Origin: Phallusia mammillata
Taxonomy: Eukaryota
Direction: 5' to 3'
Assembly (NCBI GenBank): GCA_965637545.1
Contig: OZ281495.1
Span: 4,154,001 to 4,218,000 of the forward strand
DNA length: 64,000 bases
Shown here: positions 1 through 13,800 of the stretch, piece after piece
How positions within the stretch are numbered: position 1 is the stretch's first letter
Layout of the letters: each line of letters begins with the position of its first letter
The notes under the pieces: generated by a model
The model's database searches: none
The model's input: only the letters and a program-made list of their open reading frames with translations
Told to the model about the DNA's origin: nothing
Made by a program: the position numbers and the translations under genes

Positions 1-326
1 TTATTGCAAGAATTATGTTGCGTTTGCTTCTGTTTCTGTCTTGTTTGCATGGCATGAATTGGATCTTGGTGTCAGGTTTGATGTACATCATACATTTTAG
101 AAAATACTTCTTGTGTTTTACATAGGATAAACAGACAGATAAGAATATTGGTTAAAACTGTAATAAACATTGGTTTCAAATTCCAGTCGTAAAGATTACA
201 GTTTGAGACCCAATGCGTAATGTGTATTATTAAATGTGTATTATATTACAGTATTGTTATGGTCGTAGTGGTCTGAATTAAAACTAGCATCGGAATATTT
301 TTGAGCTTCATAAGTTTGTTCTGTAG

Positions 327-3300
327 GTGACATCAACAATCACTTCTACCGGATAATTTTGGGCGACAAGAAACAAGTGGACATCAAAATGCCGGAAAGT
401 GAATATCTCAGTGTTGCTTTAGTCGATGGAAAGCTTGCAACTTTCAACGAATGCACTGTAAGGGGAATAATAATCTAATAAAAATGTTTTTCGTGTGAGG
501 CTAGTTACTTTATTACTTAGTGAGTGTCGTACCATAATCGTTTGTTATCCTCGGTGTGCAGGCAACGCCTGAGAGCGTGTTGCTAAAACGAGTCCGCGGT
601 CAGGCTGGCTGTTTTATTGCTAAAGTCCGTTGAACTATTTATATTATTTACTTAAACAGTTGGTTACTTCAATTTAGTTCAATCCATCGATAGCCACTTA
701 GTTGAAGCAATGTCACTGAAGTTTTTTTTGTTAAGGAAACACAAGCGCCCAAGATAGGATTGAAACCCCAATCCTGAGAACACAAGACGCTACGCACGAC
801 CAATTTATTGACAAAGACCAATAACATTACTTAGACATCAATTTTTTTGTGCCGCCAAACACAGTCAACCAACATAGCCTCTGCTCATGTGCTGCACGTA
901 TAGACATTCTTTAAGTCCTAAAAATAGTGCACTAAGAAATCTGTACTCATGAAAAAGTTATACTACCTTGCTTTTGGTGAAATTACCAATTGCATAACTA
1001 TTGTTTTTGGTCAACAGATGATTTGTGACGATCGAGCAAACCGGCCGGACATTGTGCACATACAATCTGGCGTGACATGCTTTGGTGTGATTACTCTTAA
1101 ATGCTTCGCTGTCTCGATTTCTTGCTCTCGTCCAGGAGATCTTGTTGTTAATATGGTATCAGGTAGACGTGGGCATTCTGTTTATTTTTTTCAAGAAATT
1201 AACAGAGTGAACATGTTTCAATTTTGTCTCTGCATATTGTGTTTTTTTTTGTTAGAAACTGTAGAAACATTGTTCATACGCGATGAAATACAATTGGTTC
1301 CAACGGATGTTGAAACTGGCAACTCCACCTGATTACAAAAATCACTCATAATAACAATGTGCTGGCTTTTGGTGTTTCCTCTTTAAAGATTTAACAAATA
1401 AATATTGGAAATTTTAAGTAGCATGGAAGGCTTTAAAGAGTTTCAAATGATTATACATGCGGTATACGGCTTATATGTTGTACAACTGAGCGACTACCTA
1501 TACCATTAGCAATTTAGGTGCTCCACATCAATTTACTGTTTTGTGTTTGAATTTTGTAAACTACGTTTTCACACATTTTAGGTATATTGCCTTTTTTCTC
1601 AAAATTCTACGATTATCTAGAGCTGTCGGTGAAGCTGGCCACAACTTCCAAAGTTATAGATTTCTCGAATCTTCCAAAAAAAATTACCCCTACACAAAAT
1701 CCTATCGCCTCCTTCTACGAGTGGAAGATAATTTGTCCCGGAAACGAATGTAACTTTCGCTTCGTTCTTACGGATGTTCGACTCGAAGTGTTTGATGAAT
1801 ATTTGTTCGTAAGTTGAATGATATAAACAATACATGAGAAATTCACAAACATGCCTCACATGTTCGTGTAAAACCAGATCGAAAATCAGTGAAAAATAGT
1901 TTCAGCAAGCAGGTGGCTCAAGCTTTATTTTTGCATCCTTGTTTATTCTTTTAAAAACTTTAGTGTTGTGTAAATATATCAACTTTTTTTTCGAAATGTA
2001 TGAGTTGAATACTGTATGCATGTGTAACAATTACCTTTGGGAAACGAAAACGGGCAACGTAACAACCATTACAGCAAGTTATAGGTCTATATCGTATTAT
2101 TTCTCATATCATATGCCAACCAATGTTACAATACTTTTATAGCTTTACCATGCTACCAAAATAATCTTCCTATAATAAGGATTAACGCAAAATCTTTCAG
2201 GTAGTCGTTAAAACAATAAATGATGAGAGAAGCTACTGTCAGCATTGGACCGGGGTCACTGAAAGTAACATAATAGAATTCGCTTCGACTGGGAAGTTTG
2301 TCTTCATTCAAATGCAAATTGCCCCTAGCCAACCAAATGTCCAACAAAGATTTGTGATTAGCGTTGATGGAAGTAAGTTTAATTTATGTAATTTGTTGCT
2401 CCTCCAACATCGCTCAAATCTATAATGTTCTATTAGGATGTGGTACTTCAACCAATTTTTGGTTGTTATTAGGATCCAATGCAATAAATATTTGGTCAAC
2501 TTTTTGTAAACATATCTGGAACCCAATTAATAAGTTATTCTGGATGCTTGCATGTTAAATTTCGGTTTTGTACTCTGAAAATCACAAACTAGTCAAAAAC
2601 TTAAGTGTGCTAGATATTATATAACATGTAGCGTATATTCTATTTATGTGATGTGTTTATTGTCAGTATACACCCCAACCGAAATCAAAAGCCCAACAAC
2701 TTCTAAACCTATCAAAACAAGTACAACACTTCGTTCCACGACCCTGAATCTTAAAAGAAGGTAATAAAAATACGACTTAAAAATGGATTATATTATTGAC
2801 CATTTGGTAATTGCAATATGATGATAAAGTCATAAAAATATTTTGGGTTTAAAAAAAAACTAGTATGACACATTAAATGTTAAATCAAATGCTGTTTACG
2901 TAAACTCAAATCGTAATTACTTTCAACAAGTCTGGTGACGTCAGGGTTACTATCGGTTAAGGGTACACAACGTTGTTGTCCGACTTTAACGTTCCTTTGG
3001 TAAAAAAAATCACTTGCACAAAGCGTGTTTATGTACCATATTACCATTATAAACTTTAATTGCGAATTAATGATGTGAAATCCTGAAAATATTTTTGGGG
3101 TTTCTTTAAAAAAACCATTATGGCACATTTGAGGTTAAAACGTTCATTGCCTGGTCTTATTGACTTTTGCCGCAAATGTTTTCAAATATTTCAAGGAGTT
3201 TTGGATTCATTTAAATACTATTTAGACATCTACACTTTTTTCAGTAAAAAGCCAGCACGTTTTGAAAAACCATCATCGTCTGATAATATTCAACTTGAGA

Positions 3301-5473
3301 TTCTCGGTTCAAATTTAGAACACACAGTTTCCGTTGATTCAGACATTCGTGCAGACAGCTTGGTTTATGCAAAACCACTAAGGTTAAATGGAGGTTCGAA
3401 TTCTTTAAATCTGCTGGTAAGCCTGGATATGTTTTTGTTTGCTATTTAAGCATTTTTTCAAACATCTTGTAATTAAAATATTAAATGTTAAAAAATTAGT
3501 GACAAGAGAAATGTTGAAGCGGGCGAAGGTATATTGAGCAGGGGCGCCATGTCCGAGTCATGTTAGAAACATTTTAAAAGATAGAGCAACGCGAAAACCG
3601 CGTTTATATAGAGGCGATGGCGATCAAAAGAAAAAAGCAATTAGCACGCCTCGATGCGCATAAGCGAACACGGTAGTGAGGTTAACTATACGATATTAAC
3701 CACTTCAGTAACAACCGGCATTCCAACGACCTTCCCATCCGTTTAGGCGTATACATTTTTATAAATAGGGCATATGTGCATACAAGTTTATTTTATGTCG
3801 AGCAAAATTGACCCTGAGGAGAAAAACATATTTTTGTTTGTAGATCAAAACGTGCGTTCTTCGTTTCACAGTAAACCACAGAACCGCGGAACGAGTATTG
3901 GCAGACAGGTAAATAATAAAGGGTTGAACCAATTCGGCAAAAGGTGGTTGTTTTTTCAATACTCAATTGATTAACGGAGGCTGTGTGTTAAGTCTTAAGA
4001 AATTATGTGTTAATTTGTGCCGCTAGGTGTTCCCCCACACAGATATATCCCATGACGTCAGCAATTCCGATTCGACCCTTTGCTGACCTAAAATCGCACG
4101 CCATCTTAGATGACGCAACAATCTTGTGTGACGTGCTTGATTGTGGTGACGTCACAATTAGCAAATGCAAGGTTTGTGTCAAAACGTTTTCAATACAAAT
4201 GGGTTTACATTTTGGGCGTTGAAATTGTTTTTGATGTTGCATTATTACCGTTTCAAACCCTCTTTGCTTTCTTGTTTTGCAGAATCTATGTTCGCCAAAC
4301 ACGCAAACGATCCGAATTTTTAAAAACTTGACTAGGATAAGCAAAACGTTACTTGAAAATATTAACAAGTGCAAGGTGAGCTGTTTACATTGCAATCCTT
4401 TTTCAATTGTAAACAATTATTTGAAAAAGACCTGGAAACTCCACAAACTGAATCAATGTATTGTTAAAGACCTACATTGAAATATAATTAATCATTTGCT
4501 TCACACATTCGGTACTTAGTTACTAAACTGGTCCCAGTGTATCAATTTCAATAATAAGGGGTTTTAAAATCAACATCGTTGGGTTTATATAAGAGATTAT
4601 ACCACTAGTGGTATAAGAGTACCACCGTTGATTTACATAAATGTTAAAAGCTGCGTTGTAATCAAACATAACAACTTATACTTTAATCTCTGTATATTTC
4701 AAAGAAAAATCTCGGAGGCTGTTCGGACAAATGCAATGCAACTACACGTGGTGTCGTATGTCTTTGCTCTCAAGGAAGAATCATTGACAAGGACAAAAAA
4801 ACTTGCCATAATATTTTGCAACCTTCAACGAACGTTTACCCGGCAGGTGAAACAACAGCATAAAATTTGCTTTATGACAGTTTTTGACAAGGTGTGCCGA
4901 AAAAAACAGTTTGTATTAAAAGAGCGCTGTAGGTGCTGAGTATTGAACAGCCATAATCTACTTCTGAACAGTCATTGTTTCCCCTATATTGCGTTTTTAA
5001 GCTTACGTCAAGGTTTTTGATGCTGTGTCCTTTTGTGACCAAGCAGATTTCAAACAAATATTGTTAAACTTATTACAGTATTTTTACTTGTTTCTGTCAC
5101 AGAAATCGAAAACAACCAGACAACTTTTGCAAAGGAAATTAATGAAATCAGCACATCATACCCAGGTTTAATATATTTTCGGTTTTTGTTGCTGTTGCTG
5201 TGGCATCATATGGTTTATATAAGAATTTATTGTTTAGTATAAAATAACAAAAATATTTTGCACAATTTGGGCAATTTTTTAAAGTAAAATTTTTGTTTAA
5301 TGTTTCAAAGTTTACAATTTTCAGGCAATTTAACGGGAAATCAGACAAAGAAAGTTTGCAAGGAAGAGAGCCAGGAATTTAACTACATAAATGCACTTTG
5401 TTTGGCTCTTTTCTGTTTCGTTTTGTTTGCATTTTTTGTCGTTGCTATAGCGTGCTTTCGAAAATCTTCTTAA
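327..5473 (+). CDS. 3' part of a multi-exon type I membrane protein: two divergent CUB-like domains, Thr/Pro linker, ZP-C-like domain, EGF domain, TM, 4-aa tail (5' end outside window)
   Basis: Phase-compatible GT-AG exons: 327-457, 1018-1162, 1582-1808, 2201-2372, 2667-2760, 3245-3416, 3844-3908, 4027-4171, 4283-4375, 4705-4846, 5103-5165, 5325-5473(TAA). CUB-like: YEWKIICPGNECNFRFVLTDVRLEVFDEYLF...EFASTGKFVFIQM. ZP-C-like: LNLLIKTC...VLADRCS...ATILCDVLDC...SKCKNLC. EGF: NINKCKKNLGGCSDKC...VCLC...DKDKKTC. TM: ALCLALFCFVLFAFFVVAIACF then RKSS*. Confidence 0.75.
730..802 (-). mobile_element. Degenerate tRNA-derived SINE-like remnant
   Basis: Minus strand has a B-box-like ggtttcaatcc followed by tatcttgggcgcttgtgtttccttaa, resembling ggttctaatcctgtctcggcctcttgtgttgcttaa in the element at 18103. 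Confidence 0.3.
1256..1332 (+). other. Candidate alternative terminal exon of the CUB/ZP gene
   Basis: Poly-T acceptor ttgttag at 1255; phase 1 matches the 1018-1162 donor; reads ETVETLFIRDEIQLVPTDVETGNST*; AATAAA at 1397-1402. Confidence 0.4.
2878..2948 (+). repeat. About 65-bp dispersed direct repeat; second copy about 5595-5662
   Basis: ctgtttacgtaaactcaaatcgtaattactttcaaca...cagggttac versus ctgtttacgtaaacttaaatcgtacttactttcaaca...cagggttac. Confidence 0.7.
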
Positions 5474-6598
5474 ATACGTTTACAAAAATACGGTTAAGTA
5501 AGTAGGCCTATTGTTTTGTGCAAGGGTTTGTCGGTAGGTTACAATATTTAAAAAAGTGCTTTTTGTGATTACCAAAACTCAAATTACAATAAAACATTAA
5601 ATACTGTTTACGTAAACTTAAATCGTACTTACTTTCAACACGTGGCGTTAAAATCAGGGTTACAAGGTTGTCTCATAACATGCGCAAAGTTTTTAGTTAC
5701 CACGTGACCTTTAAATTTATTATAAATTGTCTATTTCAAAATGCAGATGATATATCCACGGGACTTAATTACTAAAAACATTTGGCCGCTGGGAAATAGA
5801 CTTCGTTCTGCTATTTACCCTACCAAAAATTACCTTTTTTTACAAAATTGTATCATGCTACAAATACAGTCTGTTGTATCTTTACAGAGCAGAAAGTAGT
5901 ATAATATTTTGTTCAGGCGTTTTCTCGAAGAGACCGGGAAAAGATATAGGACTATTTACATCTAGGTACCATCGTAACATTCGAAAGTTCAACAGATGTA
6001 GTATCTGTGTATGCCGCTAATAATTATTTAAATATGTTACGTTTTTCTGCCAAGTTCGAGGCATTTTATTTCGAAAAACTGTTTTGCCTTTAAAATTCCG
6101 CATGTTTGGCTCACTGCTGGTGTATTGGTTTCCCTTTCTACTTGTATAGTGCAAAAGATGTTCAATGCGTTGCTTGTGTGCAGGGACGTGACCGCTTTGA
6201 ATCGCTTCATGGCTGATGTAGTGGGCGTGACTTACTTTGACGTCACCTATGCCGGTACCCGACTAAACAATACTGTAAAAAGTAGCTACTAGCTATTGGT
6301 AGAACATCGCGTTTTGATAAATGTGCCATACTGTTGAAAATGTTTGCCAGAGTGCTTTATTTTAAATTGTAACATGAGTGAAAATTAAAGCCAAACAATC
6401 TGTTCTACTTTTGCTCTTGCATCCTGAAGTGTTGGGACATTTGCAAGTCGAATCAATTACCAAAAGAAGAGATTAAACCCAAAAAGTAGGTTTATAAGCC
6501 TATAAGCTTACTCATGCGGTCCTGTAATAAGGCCGAATTTTGTCATTTTTACTTGGTAACACTGTTTTTCGTGTGCATTTTTGCAGAATATTTTCACC

Positions 6599-8420
6599 AT
6601 GTCGACCGTCAGCAAATTTTGGTTCTTCACGAGTGTACTTGTATTCCTTCCCCTTCCTTGCAACAGTGAAGAGAAATATAGTGATTACTACTGTTTTTTT
6701 GTGTACTGTTTTAAACCTTGTCTTTTCGTCTTTTTTTAATATTGCTTACATAAAAACTCTATTTTATTGTTTTTATTATTCCATTATCAGATATTAGCCT
6801 TTCGACTCATATGTGCGGTAACATTACCTTGCCCATCAACACTTCACAGTTTGCAGTTAACCAAACAGAAATTACTGAAACCCAGAAGGAAGTAAGCAAA
6901 ACCGGAATTTTTTTTTCACGGTATGTACCAACCAAGCTGTTGCAAACGTTATAGTATTATTGGATAATAGGTATAAATCACATTGACTACAGTTGTGGTA
7001 AATTTAGGATGTGCCATTATAATTCAAAAATGCCCTTGCTTGGACATGTTTTAACAGTTTAGTGTGAAATGTTTGATACCTTTGAATAAAACTTTACAAC
7101 TGTAAGTAAAAGTGTGAGTTAATAAGAGTTTTTAGTCTATTCTCGGTATGTTTTTTATGTCAAGATGTATAGTATTTTGTGCATTATCTGGAATTTTTCT
7201 TTTTAGTCACTCTGTGTTAAAAATTTTGGACTATTGTTTTTGTGCCAAACTTGCCTCAGACAAAACTTAGCCAAGCATAGCCATAGAATAAATGGAAGGT
7301 AGTGCTTCCTTTTCAAATAGTTTGACGATTGTATGTGTAGCATGGATCATGTTGTAAAGTGGTGTTTTTTCTGGAAACATACAAATGTATAAACTCACTT
7401 TAGTTTGAAAGTATGACATCACATCTAAAGCTAAGTCTTAGGAAATCATTAGTTTTATTCTGGTGATGGTGTAAGCACATGTTGTACAATTGGTGTTCAA
7501 TAACTGGAAGTCAGCATAATTTTGGGTTTAAATCCCAGCAATGACCATTTTTCCCATCAAACGGATCATTTTAAAACAATGCCTGAACTAGGCAAAATTT
7601 AACCACTTTGCACAGTATGCCTATGTTGGTGTGTGGATCGTTGTGTTTTACCGCAACAAATCCACCAGGCATTAAACCATGTTAAAACTGTTAATGTTGT
7701 TGGTTCTACTTAAAGCTATTTTTACAACCAACAGGCCCAAACAACGAGATCGTTTACAAGTTTGTGCGGCCGAGAAAACTGGTAGAAAACAATTTGAAAC
7801 AAGCCGACCTAATAGCGATGGAGGGGGAGAAGTACGTTTGGTTGTCATAGTTACTAACTTCAGTGGTTCAGGCAAGTATTTTTTGGATTAGGAATGTGCA
7901 AGACTGGAGTTGTGTCTTAGCACCAGGGTTGGAAGTCAGGGCCATGGGTATAAATAGAGTCAGGGCCATGGGTATAAATAGAGACAATTTGTATTTGCTT
8001 CCGTGCCATTTTGCTTATATTTGTACTGTTAGTCGAAATTCTATTTTTCATGCCCTTAGTCGAAATGACAGCTTAAAGGAGACATATATTTTTTTTAAAG
8101 AATTTGACTATTTAAAGCTATTCTACAACTCTACTTTGCATGGTAGTAGTATGCATAAACAAATTGCAAACCAGTGCTAATCTAAATTCATTTTACTAAA
8201 ACAAACTTTTATTCAGCAATGCATTATGACCCAATGAAGCACATGGTTCGTTTTGGTTGAATATCAAGTCTGTTGTAAACTAAACTTTTTGGTGTGAAAT
8301 GATTATTTTTGCTTAATAACCGTGTAATGACTGTTATTTGTAATAGGACGTGTAAAACTGACCCTTACTACAACCACCGCTGTGATATTTGTTTTCATTG
8401 CTGTGTTGCAATTGTGGTGA
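6599..8420 (+). CDS. Gene A: small cell-surface glycoprotein with signal peptide, one unrecognised two-Cys domain and a C-terminal hydrophobic segment
   Basis: Exons 6599-6680 (MSTVSKFWFFTSVLVFLPLPCNSEEKY), 6791-6920 (NISLSTHMCGNITLPINTSQFAVNQT...GIFFS), 7735-7871 (RPKQRDRLQVCAAEKTGRKQFETSR...NFSGS; GC donor gcaagt), 8347-8420 (GRVKLTLTTTTAVIFVFIAVLQLW*). Phases 1/2/1 are consistent; several N-x-S/T sequons; clear similarity to gene B at 45806. Confidence 0.65.
7934..7981 (+). repeat. Perfect 2 x 24-bp intronic tandem duplication
   Basis: agtcagggccatgggtataaatag twice. Confidence 0.9.
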
Positions 8421-9951
8421 AACCGGGATAAATTTTGGGTGAGTATTTCATACTGTTAAAAACTTTAAACTTGATTAGTTGCACTAAAACTGATCTGCCT
8501 TACCCAAACACTAAAACATTATAACAAGCATTTTATTTCAATTTTTCTACAATAATTCTCAAAGTTCTTACCCTATGCATTAAAATTCAAATAAATGGTT
8601 CTTGCATTGTGATGTTCTGTTTTTAGCATACCGCAAGCTTAGTAACAGAAAGCTTAGGCAATTTTGTTTGTATTACAGACTTGACTGAAAATTTAAAATC
8701 GCAGAAGAATTGAAGCAAGTTAACAGTTTGGCTAATGATATGCATTCTTATTACAACATGTTTATGCAGTTTTTCTTAAACTTTTTACTGTTTTTAACTT
8801 TACCTTTAACTTCATCCAGTAAAATTCTTCATATACAGTGCCAAATATTGCTATTTTTCAATTCTACCTTTCTAAGCCGAGAACACTAAATTATGCATCT
8901 CTTTTTTTGTGCTTGTTGCAATTACCTTTTAATATGCACTAGATTACACCTAAATTATCATAAATATATATTTTTTTGCCTACTAATCCCATAATTTCTG
9001 TGAGATTCATGTGTTTGCAATTATACCTAACATTTTTTTCTTCTGTAAACTGGTTTGAAATATAATTCTAACTAACATATGCCGGCCAACTGATATTTTG
9101 TTTGTTTTAATGCTACAAATGTATTTGGCAGTAAGACTAACAGTAATAAACATTTTTAGGCAAATGGCTCTACTTATTGATGATTGTTTTGAAACTTTTT
9201 GTGTAGATTTTTTTTCTTCTTTTTGTTTAAAGCAGTGGGTGCAATGTTAACATAGTGGGCCTGGGTATATATAGGTATTTTTCAATGTATTTTCTATCAA
9301 ACCACATTGCATGGAATAAATCTTAATATTAAAATGTTCATTATCCTGATAAAGTGTTTCTGCCAGCTAATTTGGGCCACAATGTTGTACTTTTATGTGT
9401 TAAAATGCTAGTCATTATATAATGCAGTCCTAACTTCCAGTCAGTCTTTGTAGTAACTAATATTCATATTTGTGTCTTGTGTTACTCTTGTGCTGTTTAA
9501 CTTAGATGTCTTTGTTGGTAAAAATACTATTACCATGTTTTGTTGGGCCAACCCGAACACTTGCAATGTTTCTTTCACTGTTGTATGCGCTTATCGTCGT
9601 TTCACATGAAGCTATCTAAACCATATCAAGGTTGGTTGATACGTCTTTCACTGTCCTGTACTCGCACTTTACATATGCTTAGGTTATTTTATTGCATTTT
9701 AGTCCAAATATATACTCTCCATTCACAATAAATTATTGAAACCTCTCTTAAAATAGCGTTTTTGTTATTTGGAATATCTTGGGAATTTTAGAGATTCACT
9801 GTATCGAAATCTTTTTTAGGTTTTTAGACAAGTTTGCTAGAAACAATTAAATGTAGCTTCTTCACACCACTCTACCAGGGTCTGACTTTAACATATATTG
9901 GTGATGATAAATTCCATACCAGAGCTAAAACATGACGGACAAAATACGCAA

Positions 9952-10779
9952 TGTAACGTCCCGTGAACGCGCCCCGGTTATAGCGCGGAACATCACACGA
10001 GGAGAGAATTGAAACGCGATTCCTAATAGCCTCCAACAACCAGTCCACACAGATAGATGTTTAGCTGATCTTATTAGGCGAATTCTTTGAATGTAGGACG
10101 ATGAAAACGAATTGGAAACGTATAGGAAACGGTTTCTGCATAAAGCATGACATTAACACACTGCGCTTTAAATGCAGAAATATAGCACAAATCTTACCAA
10201 CTGTTGTGGTAACCGGAGAGAGTAAATAGCACGGGTATTCAACTCGCATCAATTACTGGTACACACCTAAACATACAATAACATATGTCACCACACTGCG
10301 CCTTTATGACGTCACACACAGTTCTTACCAAGCTATGTTTGGCGACAGTACAGAATAAGTCACGCTTCACGTGAAGATAAAACAGAAATACTGCGTAAAC
10401 AAAATGCAACTTAAGCATCTTGTCTAAACCCAACTACACGTACAGTACAACTATTACAAAGCGAATGACATATTAAGTCATTGCGGTTAAGTTCACATTC
10501 ATTACCATAATTCACATTTTAGAGTCATTAAACACATATGTACAAAGTGACTCACCAATAATCGTCAACACGACAATAAATAGCCTTTTCTAATTCAACC
10601 GACGCAGCACCGTGCTCCACGGAAGTCAGCAACGAAAAGAACTAAACCACGTTGCGTTATCACACAAAACTGGCAGTCCATTGTTACGTCACACAACGCA
10701 ATAGATTACAACACAAGTTGTACTGAGGAAATGCGGGAATCTATAGAAATCTGCAATTACTGGCAAATAAGATGTAACA
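9952..10779 (-). repeat. 3' LTR of the BEL/Pao element
   Basis: tgtaacgtcc...gatgtaaca, 828 bp; no difference from 17015-17842 seen by eye, and the ORF track gives identical peptides for both copies. Confidence 0.95.
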
Positions 10780-10790
10780 TACCCCCCCAC
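10780..10790 (-). other. Polypurine tract
   Basis: Minus strand GTGGGGGGGTA immediately before the 3' LTR start TGTTAC. Confidence 0.85.
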
Positions 10791-10872
10791 AATGTACGAA
10801 TCCAAGGAGTACATTTACAACACAACACACAAACATCGGCAGTAATTGCGAACACAAAAAATAAACAACTAA

Positions 10873-13800
10873 TCACGCATCGCGGCATAGCAAGCACAAT
10901 TTTGCAATTGGGCGTCTGAGTGCTCCAGTGTGAGTCTTGACGATCACCTGACGCACTACTCCCTTCCGATCAGGAAGCACATCGGTCACGCGTCCCAGAA
11001 GCCATTTGCTCCTAGGCTGATTATCATCCGCTACAAGCACAATGTCGCCGACCGTGAAATTAGAATGTCCATTTGCCCACTTCGATCTGGGCATTAGCGT
11101 CGGCAGGTACTCGCGCGACCATCGCCGCCAAAATTGGTCGGCCAAGTATTGTACTTGGCGCCAACGGTTACGATGGAAACAGTCCTTCCCCGTAAACAGT
11201 CCAGGGGGCATATTCGGCGCTGCACGTTGCAGCAGTAGGTGATTTGGTGTAAGGGGCTCCTCATCCTTCGAATCGAACGTCACCGGAACCAAGGGACGAG
11301 AGTTCAGGATGGCCTCGACCTCCACCATCAGCGTCATCAGTTTCTCATCGGACAATGTCTGCTCCGAAAGCAGAGCGTTGAGAATTTTGCGCACAGAGCG
11401 TATCATTCGCTCCCAAACCCCACCCATGTGGCTGGCAGTGGGAGGATTGAAGCTCCACGCAATATCACGTTGTTGCAGATATTTGTAGATCTGCTTTTGA
11501 TTCCACCTGTTCAGCTCTTCGCGCAGGATGCGCTCAGCTCCAACGAAGTTTGTGCCGTTGTCGCTGTAGATCTGGTCTGGCCGTCCTCGACGACCGATAA
11601 AACGTCGGAGAGCTCCAATAAAGGAGTCCGTAGACAGTGAATGCGCAATCTCAATGTGCGCGGCCCTGGTGGAAAAACAAGTAAAGATGCACCCGTACCT
11701 CTTTACCTCACTTCGTCCTTGCTTCACAAGGAAAGGTCCAAAGTAGTCGACACCGACCACCGAGAACGGCGGCTTATTGGCCTGCAGTCTCGCAGCAGGA
11801 AGGTCTGCCATCATCTGTTTGCCCAGGGGGCCATTTCTTCGGCGACAGGAAACACACTGTCCAAGAACACGCCGAACTGCTACCCCTCCTTTGATGATCC
11901 AGTAGCGTTGCCTGAGAGACGACCACGTGTGTCCCATTCCAGAATGGCCAACCTCGTCATGCTGTTGCATAATCACCAGGTCGGTAAACCGATGGTCGTA
12001 TGGAAGAATCATAGGATGTTTAACATCGAACTCGACACACGCACGCTCGATCCTTCCACCAACTCTCATAACTCCATCGACTAGAATTGGGTTGAGCTTT
12101 CCAAGAGCCCTCTTTTTCTTTGGTAAACGAACGTCTTCTCCTTTGGCCTTTGACATCGCAGCGATAACGTCCGGGAAACTTCGTCTCTGTACATACTTTA
12201 CAATCTCAAGCTCGGCAGCCTTGAGTTCAACAACGGTCAGTTGCCCAGTAGGTACTTTATACTTGGCAGGAAACCTCCTTGACATCAACATCGATTTGAA
12301 TCTGAGCAACCAGCTTACAGCCCTTTTCAGCCGATTGAGTGATGAGTATCTCGCAATGAGTCGATCCGTAGCGGACTCGCTGGTGACCAGACAAACGGTT
12401 TGAGTTTCTTTCTTTATCAAAAGAAATTCGATTGGCAATGACGACAAGTCTGGGCATGAAGGCCATGTATCTTCTTGTTCCCAAAGAAACTGGGGTCCAG
12501 TAAGCCATCGGCTGGACCTAAGGAATTTATTCACACTGAGTCCACGAGACGCCTCGTCCGCTGGATTTACCTTGGTGCTGACGTGTCTCCATTGACTAGG
12601 CCGGGAAACATCCTCGATTTTGGCCAAGCGATTTGCAACGAACACTGGGAAGCGCTTATTGCAGTTGCGAATACTTTGAAGAACCGCAGTCGAATCCGTC
12701 CAGAACACGGATTGGCATTCGTCCAGTTGCAGCTCCTTTCTCACAAGTCGATCCAACTTGGCTGCAACAACGGCCGCCGTCAGCTCCAGGCGGGGAATCG
12801 AACATGTCTTCAGGGGGGCAACGCGTGCCTTGCCTATTAAAAACGAGCAGTGAATGCGTCCTTGCTCGTCTACCAGCCTCAGATAGGTCACCGCGCCGTA
12901 AGCTGTGGATGACGCATCTGCAAAATGGTGCAATTCCGTTTTTCGCACCTTACCAAAATCGTGGGGCTTCACGCATCTAGGCAGAACGACGCCTCCTAAC
13001 CGCGGTAGTTGCTGCAACCATTTTGCCCACGATTCGGAGTCTTCATCGGAAAGAACGTCATCCCATCCCAGCTGCTTTCTGCAGAGATCTCTTTGCATCG
13101 TCTTGGCCACCACGATCACGGGCGCTGCAAAGCCAAGAGGATCGTATAAGGAACTTACCACCGACAGGATTGACCTTCTGGTGTAGGCTGTAGGCTGCTT
13201 TACATCGACATTGAAACCGAACTCGTCCGACGAAACGTTCCATCGAACACCAAGTACCCTCTCGCAGGAGGAACCATCCACGTCCAGCTCCTTCACCGAT
13301 TTAGCCCGTTCCTCTTCATCAATAGACGCGAGAACTCGCTCGCTGTTGCTAAGCCACTTGGTTAGCCGAAATCCCTTCTTCTTGAGAAGTGCACAGATAC
13401 CTTTGACCAACTGAACTGCTTCTGCTTCAGTCGACACGGATTTTAAACAGTCGTCAACGTAGAAATTCTTTTCTACCGTCTCGACGACTTCCTTTGGAAA
13501 TTCGCTTCGCAAATCATCAGCGGCTTGTTTAAGACAAAAACTCGCACAGGAAGGGGAAGAAGTTGCTCCAAACAAATGAACAAGCATCCTGTGTGCGGTG
13601 GGCTTCTTCGACACATCGCCATCGGGCCACCACAAGAACCGAAGTGCATCACAATCTGTCAGCTTCACACGGATCTGATGAAACATGGCCTCCACGTCGG
13701 CCACAAGAGCTACCCTTTCCATCCGAAACCTTGATAGAACTCCTACTAAGGAATTGGTCAGATCCGGACCCTGGAGTAAAGCATCATTCAACGACTGGTC

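Noticed and set aside
949-1332. 127-aa ORF as a standalone gene
   Set aside because: It runs through two exons and an in-frame intron of the spliced CUB/ZP gene.
4007-4222. C2H2 zinc-finger or pseudokinase reading (CKVCVKTF)
   Set aside because: CKVC spans a splice donor at 4171/4172; the exon fits the ZP-C-like Cys pattern and joins in phase to the EGF exon.
6530-6900. Minus-strand exons (VITIFLFTVARKGKEY..., ISVWLTANCEVLMGK)
   Set aside because: No polypyrimidine acceptors on the minus strand; the plus strand gives a signal peptide and homology to gene B.
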